From an uncultured Methanomicrobiales archaeon (lineage in GTDB: Archaea; Halobacteriota; Methanomicrobia; Methanomicrobiales; JACTUA01), in the NCBI GenBank assembly GCA_964551875.1, contig CAZKEV010000006.1, forward strand, positions 1 to 63,383: a DNA stretch of 63,383 nt, in the 5' to 3' direction. This document shows positions 28,139-38,053 of the stretch, one piece after another. The translations under genes and the position numbers were made by a program. Below the pieces are notes generated by a model. The model saw nothing but the letters and a program-made list of their open reading frames with translations, was not told the DNA's origin and made no database searches. The number at the start of each line of letters is the position of its first letter. Position 1 is the first letter of the stretch.

Positions 28139-30052
28139 TCACGTGACGGTGATGTACCTGCTCCGGGTCAGGCTGTCACTGCCGTTGGCGTTCGTCACGG
28201 TGAGGGATACCGTGTAGGTGCCCTTCTTCGTGTAGGTATGAGCAGGGTTCTGGAGTGTAGAGCTGGTCCGGTCGCCGAAGTTCCAGGACCAGGAGGTGGG
28301 GTTCCCGGTGGACTGGTCCGTGAACTGGACGGTGAGGGATGCCTTCCCGGAGGTGGGGGCACCGATGAACTGGGCGTCCGGCGGGTTCTGGGAGGGGGCC
28401 GTCACTGTAATGTAGCCGGTCTTCGCCTCGCCATCGCTCCCCCAGGGATTGGATGCCGTCAGGGTTACCGAGTAGGTGCCCGCGTTCTGGTACACGTGCA
28501 TCGGGTTCCGGGCGGTGGAGGTGCCGCCGTCGCCGAAACTCCAGGACCATGATGTGGGCGTATTGGTGGACTGGTCCGTGAAGGAGACGGTGAGGGGCAT
28601 GGTCCCGCTGGTGGGGGTGCCGGTGAAGGCAGCCACCGGCGGGTAGCCGTTCACCGTGACAAATCCTGTCTTCGTCTCGGTGTCAGAGCCGTAGGCGTTG
28701 GTGGCCGTCAGGGTCACCGTGTAGACCCCTGCGGTGGCATAGGTGTGGGCAGGGTTCTGGGCCGCAGAAGTGCCACCGTCCCCGAAGTTCCAGGACCAGG
28801 AGGTGGGGCTGTTGGTGGAGGTGTCGGTGAAGTACACGGAAATGGGCGGATAGCCCGTGACGCCAGTGGGCCGGGAGGCCAGCGCGGTGATGTCATCCAC
28901 GTAGCCGGTGATCTTGTTCTGCTTGCTGGTCCCGCTGCGGGCGTTGAACTTCACTGTATGAACACCTGAGTAGCTGGAGGTAGGGATGATTCCCTGGGTC
29001 CAGCCGGTGACCGTGCTGTAGGACGCAACCTTTGTGGTGTCGATGAACACCTCTAGCCAGCCGGAACTCACCGTGTCAACCCGGTACCAGTAGGTGAGCT
29101 GGGGGACGCCGGTCAGGTCCACGCTCTGGGAGACGTACGAGGTGGAACCCTTTGCCGAGGAGAGCCTGGCGGCGTAGGTCCCGGTGTGGACCGGCGTCGT
29201 AACCACCGAGGCCCCGGACTGGGTCCAGCCGGAGAGGGTGCCGGTCTCGAAGCCGGGGTTCGTCACCACGTTTACGTCAGCGGTGAACCCTGCGAACGGT
29301 GGCGGGTTCGGGACGGGGTCATCGGAGAAGATGGCGATCTCGCTCACGTACTTCACCGAAAGGCCCGTCGTAGTGGGATAGTACTCGGACCCCGAGACAT
29401 AGTAGTACCAGTACTGTGAGGCAGCGGCCTCGTGCCAGTCATTGTTCCCAAAGGCGTGGACGCCCCATGGATTCGTCGAGGTATCGGAGAACCAGACCAG
29501 CCGCATGCCGTCTGTGTAGCCAGTGTCGGGATAATGTCCGAGGTACATGGAGAGCCCATCCACGTACCAGGTGATCGCCATCGGGCCTTCCCGGGAGGAG
29601 TACCCGTACACGTTCTCGTAGGCGAAGTACTTGGCAAAGCCGTCGGACGCCCTGACCCGGATCGTCTCACCGGCGTTCATGCCGCCAACGAGGTCACAGA
29701 GGTCCTTCACGTTGGTACCCTTCACGGCCCCCATGTCCTTCTCCTGCACGTTCGTGTCCTCCTCAGGGTTCCAGCGGAGCTGCGCCTCCACCACGGGGTC
29801 CGGGTCATCGATGAAGACCGGCCCCTGGTGGTAGTAGTGGATCACACCATCCCCGAGCACCGGGAGGTTGGCCATCATCCACTGGTAGGTGACGGTCTCT
29901 TCGTCCAGGACCGTGGTTCCGTCGTTCGCATACCGGACAAGGTGAAGCTCCGTCGTGGCCGCCGCAACGGGGGCTGCCAGGAGGAACAGCATGCAGGTGC
30001 ATACCAGCACCTGCAGCAGCCGGGAGTCGATTCTTCCACGCATGGGAATCAT
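28139..30052 (-). CDS. 637-aa secreted protein: long SUOX-like domain, CBM-nested PKD, further PKD repeats
   Basis: HYYHQGPVF, KGTNVKDLCDLVGGM, TNPWGVHAFG, PTTTGLSVKYV; NPGFETG; repeated SWSWNFGDG. Confidence 0.88.
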   Translation of the reverse strand: MIPMRGRIDSRLLQVLVCTCMLFLLAAPVAAATTELHLVRYANDGTTVLDEETVTYQWMMANLPVLGDGVIHYYHQGPVFIDDPDPVVEAQLRWNPEEDTNVQEKDMGAVKGTNVKDLCDLVGGMNAGETIRVRASDGFAKYFAYENVYGYSSREGPMAITWYVDGLSMYLGHYPDTGYTDGMRLVWFSDTSTNPWGVHAFGNNDWHEAAASQYWYYYVSGSEYYPTTTGLSVKYVSEIAIFSDDPVPNPPPFAGFTADVNVVTNPGFETGTLSGWTQSGASVVTTPVHTGTYAARLSSAKGSTSYVSQSVDLTGVPQLTYWYRVDTVSSGWLEVFIDTTKVASYSTVTGWTQGIIPTSSYSGVHTVKFNARSGTSKQNKITGYVDDITALASRPTGVTGYPPISVYFTDTSTNSPTSWSWNFGDGGTSAAQNPAHTYATAGVYTVTLTATNAYGSDTETKTGFVTVNGYPPVAAFTGTPTSGTMPLTVSFTDQSTNTPTSWSWSFGDGGTSTARNPMHVYQNAGTYSVTLTASNPWGSDGEAKTGYITVTAPSQNPPDAQFIGAPTSGKASLTVQFTDQSTGNPTSWSWNFGDRTSSTLQNPAHTYTKKGTYTVSLTVTNANGSDSLTRSRYITVT

Positions 30053-30314
30053 CCTCTGATATTGCCACCTCTCCTATTATCGCCGGGTGTCATAAAGATG
30101 TATGACTTATCCAGAAATGTTCAACTTTTATCATTAACCTACCTGATAGACTGCCATTGAAGGCAACCCGTTTGTTCCTGTCAGGTGGCCGACAGGCGGG
30201 ATGCTGATAAATGAGTTGACTTCCGTGAAAAGTTAGGAAGGTATAAATAATCCTCCCGGAAACCGGAAAGCCGTGATGGGAGACAGGGCTCTGGGGAGAT
30301 GGTACAGAGGGGGA

Positions 30315-33300
30315 ATGTCGATCCGGTTCTTTGCTGCAGCAGTCCTGCTCATGCTCCTTCTCGCCGCACCGACCCTCGCTGCCACCACCCAGGTCCATGT
30401 GGTGAAGTATGCGAACGATGGTACTACCATCCTGGACGAGCGAACACTCACCATCGCGGACATGGAGACCAATCTGGGGCTCCCGGTCTACGGGGATGGG
30501 ACCACTCACTACTATTTCCAGGGCCCTACGTTCGATTTTAACAACCTGTGGGATCCAGCGGAGGAGGTCAATGTATTATCCCGGGACTATGGCGCAGTGA
30601 AGGGAACCGATGTCAGGGACCTCTGCAACTTGGTGGGAGGCATGAAAGATGGCGAATATGTGACCATCAAAGCGTCGGATAGTTTCGCCAAGAGTTTTGA
30701 CTACGATGACGTCTACACTCCGGATCCGGACGCGATGCGGATGGTGCTTGCCTGGTATGTCGGGGAGGATGGCACCGGGGAAAGTCAGGGAGTTGGCTAC
30801 CCGCCCGGTTTCTACAGCGGCATGCGTCTCTTCTTCTTTGCCGATACGAGCACAAACCCGTGGGGCTATCATGTCTTCGGCCTCTGGGACATGCACGAGA
30901 ATCTGGCCGAGGACCGCTGGCATTACTACTACGATGGCAACTTCTGGCCGTCCAGCAGCGGTCTTTCGGTAAAATATGTTGACAGGGTTCTCATCTACAG
31001 CGATGACCCGGTCCCGGACGTCGGCGATATTCAAATCACTTCCAGCCCGGAAGGAGCCACCATTTCTATCGACGATGTCGATGTCAAGCAGGCGACAAAC
31101 GCAACGCTCACTGGCCTTGACCTAGGCACGCATCTCGTCCGGGTGGCCCTTGACTGGTACCGGATGGAAGAACAGGAAGTAGAAGTACGGTGGGACGAAC
31201 CTGCCGTGATCCACTTCAACCTGGACCGGATGGAGGGGTCGGTGAAGGTTACCTCCACGCCTCCGAGGGCAAAAGTCTTCCTCGACGGGACCGACACCAT
31301 GAATGTGACCCCCTGCACGCTCACGGGTATAAGACCAGTGGTTCACACAGTGACGGCGAAGCTCTCCGGCTACACCGATGTCTCAGATACCATCACCGTG
31401 GAGGATGGTGAGACCGCCGAGCTGGACCTAGAGCTCGCCACCGCAGATTCAGGATCCGGCTCCGGTTCCGGCGAAACGGCTTCCTCGTCGGATACCGGCG
31501 GCTCACTGGTTACAGTGGCCCAAGGGCAGGTGAGGGGAGGGGTACTCTTTGCCACAACCCCGGGCGGCCCGTGGACACTCGAGCGCGGGGCATCTCGGAC
31601 CCAGGTCCTCCAGCTGGATCTCCCGCCCAATGCTACGATAATGCTCTCCCGGCTCTTCGTCTTCATGGGCGAGGAGCCTTCCGCGGCGGGGACCACGACG
31701 GCCCAAGCAGATCCCATCGTCACGGTCGGGGACAGGGTGGTGACTCCAGCGGCAGCCTACCGCGATTGCCGGCCTGGCGAAAGCAGATGCCCGGTCATAC
31801 GGACCCTGGCTTTTGACCTGCTTGGACGGGCGTTCCTGGAGGGTGAGATTCCGATAAATGTGGAGCACCCGGGCGGGCAGGCGGGCCCCCTGATCTGGTA
31901 CGGGGCCGGCCTCGTCGTCGCCTACGAGCGGGAGGGCGACCCGGAGACGAGATACTGGATCTCCGAGGGTGCCGACGGAATTCTCAGCGACCGGGATTCC
32001 CCCCTTCCGGAGTCCGAATCCCGTACCCTGGCGGACTTTCCGGGCGAGGTGAACCGGAGCCTCGTGCGGGAGGCGGTCCTTCTCCCGGTCTCCACGGTTC
32101 CGGAGGGAGGCAAGGGGGACGGGCACCTCGTGACCTTCAATGGCAACAGGTGGGTCTCCCCCCTGTCAGGAGACGGGGTATGGTCGGCCAGGATGAACGT
32201 GCGACCGTACCTCCGGTCAGCGGGGAACCAGGAGACGGTGGAATCCGAAGGGGTCTCGGGAAGGGGGGACCTCATGGAAAACCGGGCGGCGATCCTAGTC
32301 GTGACCTACGGGAACGGGACTACCGGGGAGGAACCGGCCGGCATTGAGCCACTTGTACCCCCTGAGATCGATGCCATGCAGCCCGGGGGGTCTTCCCCAT
32401 CGGCCGGAATCCTTCCGGGGGAGAACGCAACATCCCCAGAGGAGCTCCCTGCCTGCTTGAACCTGACCGTCACCTCGTCGCCGGACCGGGCCCTTGTGTC
32501 CCTGGACGGGACCTATCTCTCGAAGGTGACCCCCCTGACCCTGGCCTGCGTCGCCCGGGGGGTTCACGAGGTGAAGCTCGGTCGGGACAACTTCAAGGAC
32601 CGGGCGGTCACCGTCGACCTCCAGGCCGATACCACCATCCACGAGGACCTGTCGTCGGCCTTCCCCCTCTATGCGAGCCTCCTCAGGGACTACAGCGAGA
32701 AGATTAACGTCACGGCGGATCGCTGTGGGGGGGTGTACGTGACCTCCTACACCGAGAAGGCAAGCATTCTCCTGGACGGGAAGGACACCGGTCAACTCAC
32801 GAACGCCGTCCTCACCGGGCTGAAGCCCGGGCTCCATACCATCCGGATCCGTTCAGATAAGACCGAGCTCTCAGACAATACCCGCCAGGTCTGGGTCTAC
32901 CCCTCCGTCATTTCCTCAGTCGGCTTTGAGTCCTGGCCTCCCGTGAAGCGGGAGGTGACCGTGCAGTCCGCCTACCTCAGGAAGGCCGAGTTCACCGTGA
33001 ACGGGAGGTACCCCTCCTTCAAGATCCCGAGGAAGGTGACACTGCCTTCCTGGGAGAGCTTCATCACTGTCAGGGTGAACGGCACGTACCTCTCGTACCC
33101 GGCCTGGGCCATCGACCACAACGGGACCCTGCAGGTCAGGCGGCAGGACCCATCGGCCCTCACCACTCTTCAGGTCGTGTCGGACCCCCGGGGTGCAGAC
33201 ATCCTGGTGGACGGGTTCCCGACGGGCCTCACCACCCCCGCCGTCATCCGGAACCTTTCGCCGGGCAGCCACCGGGTCCTCGTCTCCGCCCCGGGGTACC

Positions 33301-33602
33301 TTCCCCGGGAGGAGCTCATCATTCAGCAGGACATGCCGGGCGAGGGGCCGGACAATGTCCATGAGTTCTTCCTTGATTCCAACGCATACGGATCCCTGGA
33401 GCTGACGAGCACGCCCCCCGGTGCCCGCATCTTCATCTTCCAGCGGGACACGGGTGAGAAGACCCCCCATGTCTTCCCGTACCTCGACATCGGCACCTAT
33501 GACGTGAAGCTGGAGGGTGAGGCGGATTCCCGGACCTTCTACGGGATAACAGTCACGCCGTACGGGCATACTTCCCGGCACGTGAACCTGTCCGTCGTAT
33601 AA
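30315..33602 (+). CDS. ~1095-aa secreted protein: long SUOX-like domain, PEGA repeats, DUF3344-like domain, further PEGA repeats
   Basis: Signal peptide MSIRFFAAAVLLMLLLAAPTLA; PEGA motifs (ITSSPEGATISIDD, VTSTPPRAKVFLDG); YGAGLVVAYE...YWISEGAD. Alternative start at 30273. Confidence 0.85.
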   Translation: MSIRFFAAAVLLMLLLAAPTLAATTQVHVVKYANDGTTILDERTLTIADMETNLGLPVYGDGTTHYYFQGPTFDFNNLWDPAEEVNVLSRDYGAVKGTDVRDLCNLVGGMKDGEYVTIKASDSFAKSFDYDDVYTPDPDAMRMVLAWYVGEDGTGESQGVGYPPGFYSGMRLFFFADTSTNPWGYHVFGLWDMHENLAEDRWHYYYDGNFWPSSSGLSVKYVDRVLIYSDDPVPDVGDIQITSSPEGATISIDDVDVKQATNATLTGLDLGTHLVRVALDWYRMEEQEVEVRWDEPAVIHFNLDRMEGSVKVTSTPPRAKVFLDGTDTMNVTPCTLTGIRPVVHTVTAKLSGYTDVSDTITVEDGETAELDLELATADSGSGSGSGETASSSDTGGSLVTVAQGQVRGGVLFATTPGGPWTLERGASRTQVLQLDLPPNATIMLSRLFVFMGEEPSAAGTTTAQADPIVTVGDRVVTPAAAYRDCRPGESRCPVIRTLAFDLLGRAFLEGEIPINVEHPGGQAGPLIWYGAGLVVAYEREGDPETRYWISEGADGILSDRDSPLPESESRTLADFPGEVNRSLVREAVLLPVSTVPEGGKGDGHLVTFNGNRWVSPLSGDGVWSARMNVRPYLRSAGNQETVESEGVSGRGDLMENRAAILVVTYGNGTTGEEPAGIEPLVPPEIDAMQPGGSSPSAGILPGENATSPEELPACLNLTVTSSPDRALVSLDGTYLSKVTPLTLACVARGVHEVKLGRDNFKDRAVTVDLQADTTIHEDLSSAFPLYASLLRDYSEKINVTADRCGGVYVTSYTEKASILLDGKDTGQLTNAVLTGLKPGLHTIRIRSDKTELSDNTRQVWVYPSVISSVGFESWPPVKREVTVQSAYLRKAEFTVNGRYPSFKIPRKVTLPSWESFITVRVNGTYLSYPAWAIDHNGTLQVRRQDPSALTTLQVVSDPRGADILVDGFPTGLTTPAVIRNLSPGSHRVLVSAPGYLPREELIIQQDMPGEGPDNVHEFFLDSNAYGSLELTSTPPGARIFIFQRDTGEKTPHVFPYLDIGTYDVKLEGEADSRTFYGITVTPYGHTSRHVNLSVV

Positions 33603-33682
33603 TACGGACTCTTGGAACCGGAAGCACCGAGAGGGGATCAAGACTGGCTAGGTAATGCATCAACCCCAGGGTCCCGGCCCCT

Positions 33683-34765
33683 TCATTCCTCCGCCTCTCC
33701 CTCGGACCCGGCGATGAGGTGGACCGCCTCCGGGGGAATGATAGCGGTGACAATCGTCCCGATAGCGGGCACTCCTCCATCTTCAGTCCCGGTCACCCTG
33801 GCCACCAGGGGGAAGCCGCAGTCGAGCTCCACGAGAATGGTGTGTTCGCCGGGAACGATGCCGGTCACGGTGCCCGTGACGGCGGAGGTTCCCTCCCGTG
33901 CGCAGGTCGCCCCGCGAACCAGACGGATCTCCGCGGCGGGGATGCAGGCTGTCACCCTCGCACCGGCCCGTGAGGGGGTGGCGGCCAGGATCCTTGCATT
34001 GCCCGGGAGGAGGATCTCGGAGCCAAAGCCCGTCGATTCGATGACCATGCCCTCCACCAGGTTCTCGATCCCCGCGATACGGGCGGCCTCCCTGTTCACC
34101 GGCCGCCTGAAGACCTCCTCGACGGTCCCGGCCTGCAGGATCCGCCCGCCGGAGATCACCGCCACCCGGTCCGCGAGGGCGAAGGCCTCGTCCCTCGAAT
34201 GGCTCACCTGCACCACGGTGAGGCCCTTCTCCCGCTGGAGCGACTTCATCTCCTGCATGAACCGGGCACGGAGGAGCGGGTCCACCGCGGCGAAGGGCTC
34301 GTCGAGGAGGAGGACCTCCGGTTCCGTGGCAAGGGCCCTTGCCAGGGCGACCCTCTGCCGTTCCCCGCCGGAGAGGGTGTCGGGGTACCGGTCCGCCAGC
34401 ATGGTGAGTCCGAACCGGTCCAGGAGGGATTGCACGAGCATGTTGATCCGTTCTTCCGGATGGCCCCGTAATATCGGGCCGAAGGCCACGTTCTCCCGGA
34501 CCGTCAGGTGTGGAAAGAGGGCATAGTCCTGGTACACGAGGGCCACGTTCCGGCCCTCGGGCGGGACGCCGGTCATATCCCGCCCGCCAATGAGGACCCG
34601 GCCGGTAAGGTCCGGGTGGAGCCCCGCCATAACCTCGAGGAGGAGGGTCTTCCCCGCCCCCGAGGGTCCCACCAGGAAGAGGTACTCCCCCCTGCTGACG
34701 GAAAGGTCCACTTTCCGGAGGGTGAAGTTCCCCCTCGTGAGGGAGACGCCCTCAAGGGCGATCAT
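33683..34765 (-). CDS. wtpC: Tungstate/molybdate ABC transporter ATPase (TOBE)
   Basis: GPSGAGKT, VYQDYALFPHL, LSGGERQR, LLDEPF; start MIALEG (34765). Confidence 0.88.
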   Translation of the reverse strand: MIALEGVSLTRGNFTLRKVDLSVSRGEYLFLVGPSGAGKTLLLEVMAGLHPDLTGRVLIGGRDMTGVPPEGRNVALVYQDYALFPHLTVRENVAFGPILRGHPEERINMLVQSLLDRFGLTMLADRYPDTLSGGERQRVALARALATEPEVLLLDEPFAAVDPLLRARFMQEMKSLQREKGLTVVQVSHSRDEAFALADRVAVISGGRILQAGTVEEVFRRPVNREAARIAGIENLVEGMVIESTGFGSEILLPGNARILAATPSRAGARVTACIPAAEIRLVRGATCAREGTSAVTGTVTGIVPGEHTILVELDCGFPLVARVTGTEDGGVPAIGTIVTAIIPPEAVHLIAGSEGEAEE

Positions 34766-35561
34766 GCTCCCTCCCGGAGGCCCCTGCCACCCTCCGCACG
34801 ACAAGGAAGAGGAGGAAGGAGACCACCACCATGATGAAGGCCACGCTCCGGCTCTCGGCGAGGCCGCCCGTCGAAAACCGCTGGTAGATGAGGGTCGAGA
34901 TGACCATGGGGAAGTAGGCGATCATCACCACCGCGGCGAACTCCCCCACGGCCCGGCCCCAGGCCATGGTGGCCCCGCTCACCAGGTGGCCCCGGGCGAG
35001 GGGGAGGGCTACGGCGAGGAAGGCCCGGAACCGGGTCGCCCCGAGGGTCCGGGCCACGTGCTCGAGGTGGAGGGGGACCCGGTGGAACCCCTCCCGCACC
35101 GCCCCGACGTAGTAGGGCGTGGAGACGAAGACCATGGCGGCCACGATGCCGAGGAAGGCGTCCTCGAAGAAGATGCCGATCCCGGCGAGGGGGGCACCGA
35201 GGGGGCCCCGGGCCATGAAGAGGAGGTAGACCATGAGCCCCGCGACCGTGTGGGGGAGGACGAGGGGGAGGTCGACGAGGCTCTCCACGGTCCTCTTCAG
35301 GGGGAACTCCTCCCGGGCGAGGAGATAGGCGAGGGGCGTCCCCAGGAGAAAGAGGATCCCCACCGTGAGGAAGCCGGCGGCAAAGGTGAGGAGGAGGGAC
35401 TGGATGACCTCGGTCTCCATGGCAACCGCAACGAGGTGGTGGAGGGACCCGAGCTCGGGGATGGCGATGACGAGGAGGGCGAGGGTGGTGTAGGCGAGGA
35501 GAACCCCTCCGGTGAGGGCGAAGGCAAGGGTCATGGGGTCCGGGAGGCGGACGGCTTTCAT
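34752..35561 (-). CDS. wtpB: Tungstate/molybdate ABC transporter permease
   Basis: LVDLPLVLPHTVAGL, ARTLGA, WGRAVGEFAAV. Confidence 0.88.
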   Translation of the reverse strand: MKAVRLPDPMTLAFALTGGVLLAYTTLALLVIAIPELGSLHHLVAVAMETEVIQSLLLTFAAGFLTVGILFLLGTPLAYLLAREEFPLKRTVESLVDLPLVLPHTVAGLMVYLLFMARGPLGAPLAGIGIFFEDAFLGIVAAMVFVSTPYYVGAVREGFHRVPLHLEHVARTLGATRFRAFLAVALPLARGHLVSGATMAWGRAVGEFAAVVMIAYFPMVISTLIYQRFSTGGLAESRSVAFIMVVVSFLLFLVVRRVAGASGREHDRP

Positions 35562-35586
35562 GCCGATCCCCCCGGCACGGGCCGGC

Positions 35587-36600
35587 TCACGGGGCGGACA
35601 GCGGTGCAGGCCATCCCCGGCCTCCCTTCAGGGATTCGTTCACCACGAAGGCCACGAACTCCTCCCCGGCGGCCGGATCCGGGGCATTCGTCGGCACGGT
35701 GAGGGCGTACACGATGGGCCTCCCGGTCCGTTCCCTCCCTATGTCGGAGAACCGGGGAAAGCCCAGGATCACCCTGACAGTCCCGTACCGGCCGGCCTGT
35801 GCCGGGTCCGCGAGGTTGATCCCTACCGGCAGGGGGATCCAGGAGAAGTTCTGGGCCTCCGCAACACTGCGGTACTCGAAGGCATAGTCAATCCCGCCCG
35901 CCGCAAGGAGGGACATGAGGAAGAGGGAGCCGTCCCGGATGGCCACGTGGCTGCCCGAGGGTTTCATGACCTGGGGGAGGGAGACCACCCGGACACCCCC
36001 TTCCTCACTGATTGCCAGCGGGGGATCGAAGTGGTCCCCCACGACCCGGCCGAAGATCCCGGGGTCCCCGTACTCGTCCCCGGCGAGCATGAGGACCATG
36101 AGCGCCCGGTAACCCGCTGCGTCGAGCATGGGATTAGAGAATCCTACCCGGACATCGGGCCGGGAGAGGATCTCCGGCCAGTTCCCCTGGTTGATCTCAT
36201 CGGCGTACCGGCTCACCGGGGTATAGGCAATGACCATTTCGTTCCGGGCAAAGGGGAGATACCATTCGGTGTAGTTCCGACCCCCCTCCCCGGACGGCCT
36301 GTACATGAGGTCCGGGATGAGGGATTCATCGGCCACGGCGACAACATCGAAAGGGCGCCCGAGGTCCGTCACCTGCCGGATGGCCTGGATGGAGCCGTGC
36401 CCCTCCACCCGTACGTCTGTACCGGGGTGGAGAGCCTCGTACCGCTCCTCCGCCTCCGCGAAGGGGTACAGAAGGCTTCCCGCAGCCACCACATGGATGA
36501 CCTGCTCCCGACGCTCCCCGGTGCCCGTGCAGCCCGATCCAGCAACGATGAGGATGAGGAGGAGCATGGCCAGCGAGGTCAGCCCGGGGATGACTTTCAT
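35587..36600 (-). CDS. wtpA: Tungstate/molybdate-binding lipoprotein
   Basis: WtpA motifs AAGSL, GHGSIQAIRQVTDLG, VADESLI, GFSNPMLDAAGYR, DYAFEYRSVA; ATG overlaps the upstream TGA. Confidence 0.92.
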   Translation of the reverse strand: MKVIPGLTSLAMLLLILIVAGSGCTGTGERREQVIHVVAAGSLLYPFAEAEERYEALHPGTDVRVEGHGSIQAIRQVTDLGRPFDVVAVADESLIPDLMYRPSGEGGRNYTEWYLPFARNEMVIAYTPVSRYADEINQGNWPEILSRPDVRVGFSNPMLDAAGYRALMVLMLAGDEYGDPGIFGRVVGDHFDPPLAISEEGGVRVVSLPQVMKPSGSHVAIRDGSLFLMSLLAAGGIDYAFEYRSVAEAQNFSWIPLPVGINLADPAQAGRYGTVRVILGFPRFSDIGRERTGRPIVYALTVPTNAPDPAAGEEFVAFVVNESLKGGRGWPAPLSAP

Positions 36601-37196
36601 TTTGTATGGACCTCGATCCTGTCCACCCACTTGACCCAGGCAGAACCCTCGGTCACCACGCCGGGGGTCTCCGAAATGATCCCGATACGGCAGGGTCCGC
36701 CATCATCGTAGGTGAGGGGTTTTCCGTCCTCCTCGTACACGAGGAGCACCCTGAGGGGGGGGGAGGGGATCTCCCGGAGGTCTGAATCGAAGGTCACGAA
36801 CCCCTTCCCCTCCAGCTGGTCATCATCAAAGACCCAGAGGTACCCGTCGGGCGCCGAGATCCAGAGCTGGTCGCCGGCTTCTACACCGCCCACGAGGGCT
36901 GCGAGATCACGCAGATCGACACCGCGTACTACCCAGGGCCCGTAACGGATCCCGACCGTGGAAACGGCGTACCCGTGGCCGGTGACCGACGGGAGGGCCC
37001 GGATATCATCGAGAGTGAGGACCCTCTCAGTGGTCCCGTTCAGGGTGAGCTTCCAGCCGGGGAATTCTTCCTTCGGCTGGCTTCCCGTTCCCTGGACCTG
37101 CGACGGGCCGAATGCAGAGCACCCGGCAAGGACTCCGAGGAGGAGGCAGGAGAGGAGAGCCACTGCCGTGATACCGGGGGAACGCACCGCCATCAT
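36597..37196 (-). CDS. Lipoprotein with an Oxidored_molyb-like (sulfite-oxidase-fold) domain lacking the Mo-ligating Cys
   Basis: LAGC lipobox; WKLTLNG...LTLDDIRALP...GVDLRDLAALVGG...APDGY...YEEDGKPL..DGGP.RI...WVKWVDRIEV. Confidence 0.82.
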   Translation of the reverse strand: MMAVRSPGITAVALLSCLLLGVLAGCSAFGPSQVQGTGSQPKEEFPGWKLTLNGTTERVLTLDDIRALPSVTGHGYAVSTVGIRYGPWVVRGVDLRDLAALVGGVEAGDQLWISAPDGYLWVFDDDQLEGKGFVTFDSDLREIPSPPLRVLLVYEEDGKPLTYDDGGPCRIGIISETPGVVTEGSAWVKWVDRIEVHTK

Positions 37197-38053
37197 GAAC
37201 GCCTCCGGGAAAGGAACGCGGCCCCTGCGCCTGCCAGGGGTGCGAGGATAGAGGGGAGCGGTATTCCCTGTGGTGTCATTCCAGTCTCCCCGGCAGTAGT
37301 ACTCTCATTCCCTTCGGACATGGACTTCACGACGGACTGCCTTACACCCGTGTACCCTCCCTTGTAGACCCTGATTTCGTCGATCCACTTCACGCTGAGG
37401 CCGTTCGTGGAGGGGTAGAGGTTGTCGAAGAGGTGGATGTCCTCGGGGGGCATCACCGCCCGCATGTCGCTGTTCCCGAAAACATGCTTCCCCTCCGGAT
37501 TGGTTGAGGTGTCGGCAAGGAAGGTCAGGCGCATGCCCACGTGGAAGTCAGGCGGGTATCCCACCCCTTGTCGCTCCCCCACGGGCGCCTCCGCGCCGTT
37601 GTACCAGCAGATCCCGACAGGGCCCTGGCGCGGGTCCGGGGTCACGACGTTCGGGTATCCGAACACGACGTTGTATCCGTCCCCGGCGTGGACCATTACC
37701 TCGTCAGACTGCCCCATCCCGCCCACGAGATCGGCGAGGTCCGCGAGGTCGCTACACTTCACGGCACCGTGGTCCTTGAAGTTGGCCGTCTCGTTCGCAT
37801 CCCACCGGGCCTCCTTGTCGTCGGTAAAAACGGGGCCCTGGTGATAGTAATGGGTGACGCCGTCGCCCAGGACCGGGAGGTTCGCTTCCATCCCATGGTA
37901 ATCCACCGTCCGCTCGGCCAGGACCGAGCCGTTCGTGTCAAATGCAACGACCTTTATCTGCGTCGTAGGAGCTCCCAGGGCGGGTGCAACCAGGACGAGA
38001 ACGAGGAGCAGGGCACAGGCTGGTGCCCGAGAGAATTGCCAGATGTGCTTCAT
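37193..38053 (-). CDS. Stand-alone long SUOX-like domain protein with a C-terminal membrane anchor
   Basis: HYYHQGPVF, DLVGGM, GMRLTFLADTSTNP, YPSTNGLSVKW; TM helix plus RRRS tail. Confidence 0.85.
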   Translation of the reverse strand: MKHIWQFSRAPACALLLVLVLVAPALGAPTTQIKVVAFDTNGSVLAERTVDYHGMEANLPVLGDGVTHYYHQGPVFTDDKEARWDANETANFKDHGAVKCSDLADLADLVGGMGQSDEVMVHAGDGYNVVFGYPNVVTPDPRQGPVGICWYNGAEAPVGERQGVGYPPDFHVGMRLTFLADTSTNPEGKHVFGNSDMRAVMPPEDIHLFDNLYPSTNGLSVKWIDEIRVYKGGYTGVRQSVVKSMSEGNESTTAGETGMTPQGIPLPSILAPLAGAGAAFLSRRRS

